From: Raphidiopsis brookii D9 | GTDB lineage: Bacteria; Cyanobacteriota; Cyanobacteriia; Cyanobacteriales; Nostocaceae | Assembly: GCA_000175855.1 (NCBI GenBank) | Contig: ACYB01000004.1 | Span: forward strand, 1-32,000 | Reading direction: 5' to 3' | DNA length: 32,000 nucleotides | Part shown: in pieces, positions 25,351 through 32,000 of the stretch | How the letters are laid out: each line of letters starts with the position of its first letter | Numbering within the stretch: position 1 is the first letter of the stretch | Notes under the pieces: model-generated | Database searches by the model: none | The model's input: the letters and a program-made list of their open reading frames with translations, nothing else | What the model was told of the DNA's origin: nothing | Made by a program: the position numbers and the translations under genes

Positions 25351-27075
25351 ATGAGTTCTGGAAATCCATTAGGTTCGGTTATTAGAGGTTCGTTAACCAA
25401 GGGGTTAGAAATCAGATTACACTCTGATGTCTCCGTAGAAGATATGCGTGTTGGTAAATTTCTGGTCATCCAAGGTTCGCGTTCTCGTTTCTTTTGCATG
25501 GTAACTGATGTTGCTCTAGGAACAGCAAATGAACGGATTATAGCCAGTCCTCCCAATTGGGAAGATACTTTTTTAAGGGAGGTTTTGGCTGGTAGCAGTA
25601 CTTACGGTATCGTCACCTTGGCACCAATGCTCATGTTTACACCAGAAGATACGGAGCATGCTTCTAACGGTAAAACTGCCCAGAATTCAGCATTTTCTGG
25701 GAATGGTTTGGCATCTTTTCAACCTCAAACCGCAACCACAATGGAACTGCTACCGGTAAAAACCATACCTACTCACTTTAGTCAGGTTTACGAAGCTGAG
25801 GAATATGATTTTCGCAAAGTTTTTGGATGGGAAGACGATCAGCAGCGCAAAAACTTCTCGATTGGTAAACCCCTGGATATGGATGTGCCAGTTTGTATTG
25901 ACTTGAATCGGTTTGTAGAAAGGAGTAATGGGGTTTTTGGTAAATCTGGAACTGGTAAATCCTTTCTCACCCGGTTACTTTTAGCTGGTGTTATCCGTAA
26001 AAATGCTGCTGTCAACCTAATTTTTGATATGCACTCCGAATATGGTTGGGAAGCGGTAGCAGAGGGTAAAGAAGTAAGCACGGTCAAGGGTCTGAAACAA
26101 CTATTTCCTGACAAGGTAGAAGTTTACACCTTAGATCCGGAAGCGACTAAGCGAAGAGGTGTTAGGGATGCACAGGAGCTATATCTCAACTATGAGCAAA
26201 TAGAAGTAGAAGATCTGAAACTTTGTGCCAATGAGTTAGGAGTTAGTGATGCCTCAATGGATAGTGCCAGCATCCTATATAAACAGTTAGGTGACCGTTG
26301 GATTCCGGAATTATTGGGGATGACAGGGGATGACATCAAATTGTTTTGCGATGAAAATCCCGGTCATGTGGGGTCAATTGCAGCTTTGCAGCGCAAATTA
26401 ATGCGACTTGAGAACCTGAAATATATACGAAATGCACGTAAAGATAACTATATTAAGAAAATAGTGCAATCTTTGGAAGCTGGGAAAAATGTAGTGATAG
26501 AATTTGGAACACAGTCAAACATGCTATCATATATGTTGGTAACCAACATGATTACCAGACGTATACATGATCACTATGTTACCAAAGCGGACAAATTTTT
26601 GCACAGCAAAAATCCGCTGGATAAGCCAACACCACTAATGATTACAATAGAAGAAGCCCATAGGTTTCTTGATTCTGCAGTAGTTCAAAGTACCATATTT
26701 GGCACCATCGCTAGGGAGTTGAGAAAGTATTTTGTCACCCTTTTGGTGGTTGATCAGCGCCCATCGGGAATAGATAATGAAATCATGTCCCAGATTGGCA
26801 CCCGGATTACAGCTTTGCTAAATGACGAAAAGGATATTGAGGCAATTTTTACTGGGGTATCAGGTGGTAGCGTACTACGTTCAGTATTAGCGAAGCTGGA
26901 CTCTAAGCAGCAAGCTCTAATCCTAGGTCACGCGGTGCCAATGCCTGTAGTAATACGTACTCGGGCATACGATGGAGTGTTTTATAAAGAGATTGGTGAT
27001 GTAGATTGGCAAGAGATGTCGGATGTGGAGGTTTTTACTGCTGCTAAGCTGGCTAAAGCAGATTTAGGTTTTTAG
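25351..27075 (+). CDS. HerA/FtsK-like (DUF87) ATPase with N-terminal HAS-barrel-like domain
   Basis: 574 aa. Walker A GVFGKSGTGKSFL, Walker B/DEAH-like LMITIEEAHRFL, LLVVDQRPSGID..IGTRITALL, and an N-terminal barrel-like region (VGKFLVIQGSRSRFFCMVTDV). Confidence 0.7.
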   Translation: MSSGNPLGSVIRGSLTKGLEIRLHSDVSVEDMRVGKFLVIQGSRSRFFCMVTDVALGTANERIIASPPNWEDTFLREVLAGSSTYGIVTLAPMLMFTPEDTEHASNGKTAQNSAFSGNGLASFQPQTATTMELLPVKTIPTHFSQVYEAEEYDFRKVFGWEDDQQRKNFSIGKPLDMDVPVCIDLNRFVERSNGVFGKSGTGKSFLTRLLLAGVIRKNAAVNLIFDMHSEYGWEAVAEGKEVSTVKGLKQLFPDKVEVYTLDPEATKRRGVRDAQELYLNYEQIEVEDLKLCANELGVSDASMDSASILYKQLGDRWIPELLGMTGDDIKLFCDENPGHVGSIAALQRKLMRLENLKYIRNARKDNYIKKIVQSLEAGKNVVIEFGTQSNMLSYMLVTNMITRRIHDHYVTKADKFLHSKNPLDKPTPLMITIEEAHRFLDSAVVQSTIFGTIARELRKYFVTLLVVDQRPSGIDNEIMSQIGTRITALLNDEKDIEAIFTGVSGGSVLRSVLAKLDSKQQALILGHAVPMPVVIRTRAYDGVFYKEIGDVDWQEMSDVEVFTAAKLAKADLGF

Positions 27076-27507
27076 TTGCGAACCCGTGTGAGGCTCTTGC
27101 TTTGCCAATTTCGTAATATCCACCATGGAAAAACTAGGATTGGTTCGGTTATCAGGTAAGCTGTGGTAACACAAAAAACTACTCCTCAAGTCATAATAGA
27201 AGCATAGGTGTCTTGGTAGAATAGCAAATCCCCAGAGTTAATGATACAGCAGTGATGGGATTGTCGTAACATATTCCTGAGTTTTTAGGAACAAGGGTCG
27301 GGGTAACAGCGTCGTGATTACAAATACACTAAATCAACGACTGTGATAATTTTAATCAGCTTTGAAATCTAGCTTTGGAAATGTAGCTCGACTGAAAATA
27401 TACCTCCTTATCATAGTAATCAGGAGATAAGCGAGGGGATAGTCCCAAGAAAGAGTGGTTTTGTATAGGTGTATATAGGTGTATATAAAGTAAGGGGTAA
27501 AGTACTA

Positions 27508-28491
27508 ATGTCTACTGTTAAAAAAGAAAGTGATAATGGAAAAACCAAATTGACAGCGGATATGGTGCGAACCTATCTGCGAGAAATCGGTCGCGTACCG
27601 CTGTTGAACCGGGAACAGGAAATAATCTACGGTAAGCAAGTGCAGCAAATGATGATCTTAGTGGAAGCTAAGGAAGCACTAGCTAAAGAACTGGGGTATG
27701 AACCAAGTTTATCAGAATGGGCAATTTATGTTAACCAGTCGGAGAATGACCTAAAACATAAAATATCCACGGGTAAGCGAGCTAAGCAAAAGATGATTGA
27801 AGCCAATCTAAGACTAGTCGTAGCAATTGCTAAGAAGTACCAAAAGCGGAATATGGAATTTCTGGATTTGATTCAAGAAGGAACTCTGGGATTAGAACGG
27901 GGGGTAGAGAAGTTTGACCCTACCATGGGTTATAAGTTTTCTACCTATGCTTACTGGTGGATCCGTCAAGCAATTACCAGAGCAATTGCTCAACAAGGAA
28001 GAACTATTCGTCTCCCCATCCATATTACCGAAAAGTTGAACAAAATCAAAAAAGTGCAAAGGGAGTTGGCGCAAAAGTTAGGGAGGTCTCCTTCACCGAC
28101 GGAGATTGCTAAGGAATTGGAGTTGGAACCTGCTCAAATTCGAGAGTATTTGAATATAGCTCGTCAACCAATTTCCCTGGACGTGCGAGTCGGTGACAAT
28201 CAGGATACAGAGCTGCAAGAAATGTTAGAAGATGATGGCCTGTCACCTGAGCATTACACCACCCAGGAGTTTTTGCGTCATGACCTCAATAACCTATTAG
28301 CAGAACTGACTCCTCAGCAGAGGGAAGTGGTGACTTTGCGGTTTGGGTTAGAAGATGGGAACGAAATGTCTTTAGCTAAGGTTGGGGATCGGTTGAATAT
28401 TAGTCGCGAGCGGGTTCGTCAACTTGAACATCAAGCTCTGACACATTTACGTCGTCGTAGGAGTAATGTAAAAGAATATGTTACTAATTAA
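27508..28491 (+). CDS. RpoD-family group 2 sigma factor
   Basis: Regions 1.2 ([14 protein letters not shown]), 2 ([42 protein letters not shown]), 3 and 4.2 ([16 protein letters not shown]). No long region 1.1. ATG at 27508 is preferred over the track's GTG at 27469. Confidence 0.9.
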   Translation: MSTVKKESDNGKTKLTADMVRTYLREIGRVPLLNREQEIIYGKQVQQMMILVEAKEALAKELGYEPSLSEWAIYVNQSENDLKHKISTGKRAKQKMIEANLRLVVAIAKKYQKRNMEFLDLIQEGTLGLERGVEKFDPTMGYKFSTYAYWWIRQAITRAIAQQGRTIRLPIHITEKLNKIKKVQRELAQKLGRSPSPTEIAKELELEPAQIREYLNIARQPISLDVRVGDNQDTELQEMLEDDGLSPEHYTTQEFLRHDLNNLLAELTPQQREVVTLRFGLEDGNEMSLAKVGDRLNISRERVRQLEHQALTHLRRRRSNVKEYVTN

Positions 28492-28539
28492 ACTAATTAA
28501 TAGTAATTAGCAATTAGCAGCTGACGGCGATCGCTTGTT

Positions 28540-29769
28540 CTATAGCGTAGTTTCACCATCTCCTGCGATCGCTAAAAAGTCAGCAATCTTCTCCACTGCA
28601 TTCTCCAATATATCCATTTCTTGTACTAACGCAAAACGTACATATCCTTCCCCACCTCGACCAAATCCTACCCCAGGAGCAACAGCTACCCCTGTTGCTT
28701 GTACTAATTCCGTACAAAATTTAATTGAATTGTTACTCCATTCATTAGGTAATTTTGCCCAAATATACATGGTGGCTTTTGGGGTATCTACTTCCCAACC
28801 GTTATTGCGTAGACTTTTGATAAAGCCATCTCGCCGTTGCCGAAAAATGTCAACTGTTCTTTTAACACTTTCTTGGTCACCGGTTAATGCGGCGATCGCT
28901 CCATTTAAAATGCCTAAATATTGATTAAAATCTATACTTGATTTTATTTGCTTTAAAGCTTGAATTAATTGAGCATTTCCAATGGCATAACCAATGCGGA
29001 AACCACCCATACTATAGGATTTGGATAAGGTAAAGAATTCTATACTGATGGTTTTCTCTGGATCTGCTTGCAAAATTGAAGGAGCTAAAGATTGAGAATT
29101 ACTTATTCCTCCCTGGGTAAAGACTAAATCCACATAGGGGAAATCATGTACTAGGACAATATTGTGTTGTTGACAAAATTCCACAGCTTCCTTAAAAAAG
29201 GATAAGGGAGCGATCGCACCTGTGGGATTGTGAGGATAACTTAGGACCATCATTTTAGACTGACTGACAATTGCTGGGGGAATATCAGTTAGTACGGGTA
29301 AAAAGTTATTTGTTGGCGTTAATGGCATGGGATAGATTTGCCCACTAGCTAAATACACTCCACCTGCGTGGGAAGGATAACCCGGGTCCAACAATAGGGC
29401 AAAATCGCCAGGATTAAGAATTGCTAGGGGTAAATGCGCAGTTCCTTCCTGGGAACCAATTAGTGGTAAAACCTCTGTTTCTGGGTTTATGGGAATACCA
29501 AATTTCTGTTCATACCACTTAGCTGCTACTTGTCGGAATTTTTGAGTACCTTTAAACAGCAAATAACCATGAGTTCCAGGATCATGCAGGGACTGGGCGA
29601 TCGCCTGAATCACATGATTTTCTGCTGGTAAATCCGAAGATCCTAGGGATAAATCAATTAACTTTTGTCCTGCAGCTATAGCTAAGGACTTAGCTGTATC
29701 CATATCCGAAAATACATTAGACTGTAAAGGTTGTAAACGTTGTGCAAATCGGATTTTATTTTTGGACAT
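28540..29769 (-). CDS. Class I/II PLP-dependent aminotransferase
   Basis: 409 aa. SYPHNPTG, PLP-lysine context TLSKSYSMGGFRIGY, and C-terminal GYVRFAL. Confidence 0.85.
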   Translation of the reverse strand: MSKNKIRFAQRLQPLQSNVFSDMDTAKSLAIAAGQKLIDLSLGSSDLPAENHVIQAIAQSLHDPGTHGYLLFKGTQKFRQVAAKWYEQKFGIPINPETEVLPLIGSQEGTAHLPLAILNPGDFALLLDPGYPSHAGGVYLASGQIYPMPLTPTNNFLPVLTDIPPAIVSQSKMMVLSYPHNPTGAIAPLSFFKEAVEFCQQHNIVLVHDFPYVDLVFTQGGISNSQSLAPSILQADPEKTISIEFFTLSKSYSMGGFRIGYAIGNAQLIQALKQIKSSIDFNQYLGILNGAIAALTGDQESVKRTVDIFRQRRDGFIKSLRNNGWEVDTPKATMYIWAKLPNEWSNNSIKFCTELVQATGVAVAPGVGFGRGGEGYVRFALVQEMDILENAVEKIADFLAIAGDGETTL

Positions 29770-29787
29770 GGCAATAAAAGTAAATAG

Positions 29788-30120
29788 TTAATTATTTAAA
29801 TTCTCATCCAACCAACCAAGAAGTTTTTCCTTGCCCATTACCCCCTCCACAGAAGCTTTTAACTCTTGAGATGCAATCAATCTCAATGCAGGCACACCTT
29901 CCACTTGATAGGTTTTGACGCTACTTGGATTGGGATCAACCTCCATCTTGACAATTTTCAGGCGATCGCCATATTTTTCCGCAGCTACATTCATCAATGG
30001 ATCCATCAACTTACAAGGACCACACCAGGAAGCCCAAAAGTAGACTAACACTGGCTGATCAGCAGCTAGAACCTCCGATGCGAATTCAGCATCAGTGATA
30101 GTTATTACACCCTTACTCAT
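29788..30120 (-). CDS. trxA: Thioredoxin
   Basis: WCGPC active site (YFWASWCGPCKLM). ATG at 30120 is preferred because GGAGA lies 5 nt upstream; the track start at 30132 adds MENF. Confidence 0.9.
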   Translation of the reverse strand: MSKGVITITDAEFASEVLAADQPVLVYFWASWCGPCKLMDPLMNVAAEKYGDRLKIVKMEVDPNPSSVKTYQVEGVPALRLIASQELKASVEGVMGKEKLLGWLDENLNN

Positions 30121-30156
30121 AAAATTCTCCATGCGATTATTTACAAGTCAACCCAC

Positions 30157-30181
30157 TGACCAGTTTACCCTAAACTGGTCA
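30157..30181 (-). other. Perfect 10-bp stem-loop between vipp1 and trxA
   Basis: TGACCAGTTT / ACCCT / AAACTGGTCA. There is no U-tract on the minus strand, so it is not a classic terminator. Possibly a processing or stability element. Confidence 0.35.
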
Positions 30182-30215
30182 TTATTGCTCATGCTGAAAA
30201 GTCAGGGAGAGTTAA

Positions 30216-31004
30216 TTATAATTTATCCAGTTGTTTTCTCAGTTCTTCCAACTCAGCATCTATGGGTTCAGCGGATTTGCTTTTATCCTTTTGGGAAGTA
30301 CTGCTAGATTCAGCAGGAGGTAATTCTCCCTTAGGTGTGGGAGCTGGTGATAGTATACTGGCCTTCAAAGCTGCCAATTCATCATCAATATCACTGCTAC
30401 CTTCTAGACGAGCAAATTGACTATCTAAATCCGCACCTACTAATTCCGCTGTAGACTGGGCACGAGCCTCTTGCATGAGAACTTTCTCTTCCATTCTTTC
30501 AAAAGCAGCCATGGCACTATTACTATTCATATTAGTCGCCATTGAGCCAATCTGCTCCTGAGCTTTAGCAGCAGTGATTCGTGCCTTAAGCATGTCCTTT
30601 TTATTCTTGTACTCAGCAATTTTACTTTCCAATTGAATCATGCTCTTTTTAAGAGTCTCCACCTGAGTAACTTGCTGGTCTAAACTGGTCTTGAGAGCTA
30701 TAGAGGTTTCGTTAGCACTTTTCTTCCGTTCTAAAGCCTGACGTGCTAGGTTCTCATCTCCTTTTTGCACAGCCAACTGGGCATTGTGCTGCCACTTACT
30801 CACTTCACTAACAGCATCATTATATTGTTTTTCTGTGCGTTTTTGGGCAGCTATGGCTTGTGCCACCCCCTGACGAAGTTCTACTAAGTCCTCCTGCATT
30901 TCCAGGAGGGCCTGTTCCAGCATTTTTTCTGGATCTTCCGCTTTATTGATTAAATCATTCAGATTGGCACTAACTACTCTCTTTAACCTATCAAATAATC
31001 CCAT
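30216..31004 (-). CDS. vipp1: Vipp1 / IM30 (PspA family with C-terminal extension)
   Basis: MGLFDRLKRVVSANLNDLINKAEDPEKMLEQALLEMQEDL.. . Long coiled coil plus a Vipp1-type C-terminal tail (..DDELAALKASIL..PIDAELEELRKQLDKL). ATG at 31004 is preferred over the track start at 31085. Confidence 0.85.
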   Translation of the reverse strand: MGLFDRLKRVVSANLNDLINKAEDPEKMLEQALLEMQEDLVELRQGVAQAIAAQKRTEKQYNDAVSEVSKWQHNAQLAVQKGDENLARQALERKKSANETSIALKTSLDQQVTQVETLKKSMIQLESKIAEYKNKKDMLKARITAAKAQEQIGSMATNMNSNSAMAAFERMEEKVLMQEARAQSTAELVGADLDSQFARLEGSSDIDDELAALKASILSPAPTPKGELPPAESSSTSQKDKSKSAEPIDAELEELRKQLDKL

Positions 31005-31135
31005 AATTTTTTCCTGCTTGTGTGTTTTTATTTGGAAGACAACGGCTTTATCAGCAAGTTTACAAAGCTGCTTTATTGAGATCAAGAGCTTGTGTAAAAA
31101 CGAATATCAACATAACTCCAGTAAATGAGAAAAGA

Positions 31136-31966
31136 TTAATTTCGTAAGCGAGCCTTGATTCCTCTAGCTTCTAGTTCCTGTAACCTTTGTTTGGCTTCCT
31201 CTGGAGTTAGGAATGCGCCTAGATAGATGTACTTTTGATTAGGTGACAAATAAGCATCGGGAACAATTTCCTTAGCTGCACTCAAGATAGTATCACTCTC
31301 ATTATCAGTGATCAGATAATAATAGGGATTATTGACCGTTTGTGCTGCTACATTAGAACCCTCACCTAGCTGTAACTTTCGCCTGGGGACTTCCTGTTGA
31401 ATTTGTCGTTTAATTCTTCCCCCACTAATACTAGCAAATTGGTTATTGGATGAGGTGGATGGATTAGATGAATTACCAGATGAAACCCCTAGGCCAGATC
31501 GAGAGGATGTATTTTGGCGGGTAGATTGAAGAGAAACCGGAACATTGGTAGATTTTGGAGGCGTTTTGGTGCCAGAAACCTGATTGACTGGGGAATTAGG
31601 TTGACTCGGGGATGGTAATTGCCCATTGTTTCCACTTTTCGACTGTGACAAGCTAGGAATTTGAGTACCAGAACTAAGTGATTGTGAACCAACAAAAGAT
31701 TGGTTGTTCACTGGAGGACTTTTTGTATTCCTAGAGGTGTTAGAGGAGGAAACTTCTGGATTACTATTAAACGGGTTAAACTTACTTAAACTTAACTTAG
31801 ACAGACTACGGAAATTAAATAGCACATAACCTAAACCTAAACTGGTCAAGAGCATGAGAAAAATATAAAAAACACCCAAGGGTGAGAGCAGACCACTCTT
31901 ACTCCGATTAGATTTCTTATGATTTAACTTTTCTAGTGGAGGTTGGAAGGCTGATTTCTCCTCCAA
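31136..31966 (-). CDS. Membrane-anchored low-complexity protein with C-terminal SPOR-like domain
   Basis: 276 aa. One N-terminal transmembrane helix, an S/N/P-rich spacer, and a C-terminus YYYLITDN..KYIYLGAFLTPEEAKQRLQELEARGIKARL resembling SPOR. Confidence 0.45.
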   Translation of the reverse strand: MEEKSAFQPPLEKLNHKKSNRSKSGLLSPLGVFYIFLMLLTSLGLGYVLFNFRSLSKLSLSKFNPFNSNPEVSSSNTSRNTKSPPVNNQSFVGSQSLSSGTQIPSLSQSKSGNNGQLPSPSQPNSPVNQVSGTKTPPKSTNVPVSLQSTRQNTSSRSGLGVSSGNSSNPSTSSNNQFASISGGRIKRQIQQEVPRRKLQLGEGSNVAAQTVNNPYYYLITDNESDTILSAAKEIVPDAYLSPNQKYIYLGAFLTPEEAKQRLQELEARGIKARLRN

Positions 31967-32000
31967 GGATGGGGAATCTCCCAGATTGGGAAAAATTTCT

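Noticed and set aside
25326-25556. 76-aa minus-strand ORF overlapping the HerA-like gene start
   Set aside because: It is antisense to the HAS-barrel coding region and spans the GST terminator hairpin. It has no motif.
28535-28924. 129-aa plus-strand ORF
   Set aside because: It is antisense to the aminotransferase gene, which has clear PLP motifs, so it is a shadow ORF.

Overview
This looks like a chromosomal segment of a cyanobacterium, probably a filamentous Nostocales-like strain. The evidence is AT-rich DNA, at least 20 copies of the HIP1 octamer GCGATCGC counted by eye, and the genes psbEFLJ, cpcS, vipp1, txlA and a group-2 sigma factor. About 35 genes are supported, and nearly all are core or housekeeping: S8 protease, amidase, map, rlmN, der, ecfT-like, DUF1400 hydrolase, a membrane metal/redox module, CHAD plus NIL-ferredoxin, txlA, a Gfo/Idh/MocA oxidoreductase, an orphan Dam-type methylase, a hemerythrin-domain protein, psbEFLJ, cpcS, a HEAT-repeat lyase-like protein, a fasciclin protein, GST, a HerA-like ATPase, a sigma factor, an aminotransferase, trxA, vipp1 and a SPOR-like protein. 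I recognised no rRNA, tRNA, CRISPR array, transposase or clear multi-gene defence island. The most unusual structure is not visible in the ORF track. The bilin-lyase gene cpcS is split into two orphan half-ORFs by a ~1.76-kb group II intron (GUGCG 5' end, textbook domain V, EBS1/IBS1 match). The intron-encoded protein keeps maturase-like regions but has lost the reverse-transcriptase active site. Other points are listed here. rlmN is broken by a 1-nt frameshift in a 5-nt homopolymer, and its full C-terminus is readable in the next frame. The S8 protease has a possible second homopolymer frame problem in its tail, plus a near-identical 336-bp in-frame triplication. A DsbD_2/UreH-like domain is fused to a ferric-reductase-like membrane domain, next to a secreted anchored protein with a predicted N-terminal His. 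The HerA-like ATPase has no partner gene. There are also several unexplained intergenic repeats and hairpins. All calls rest on reading the sequence and remembered family motifs; no searches were run.
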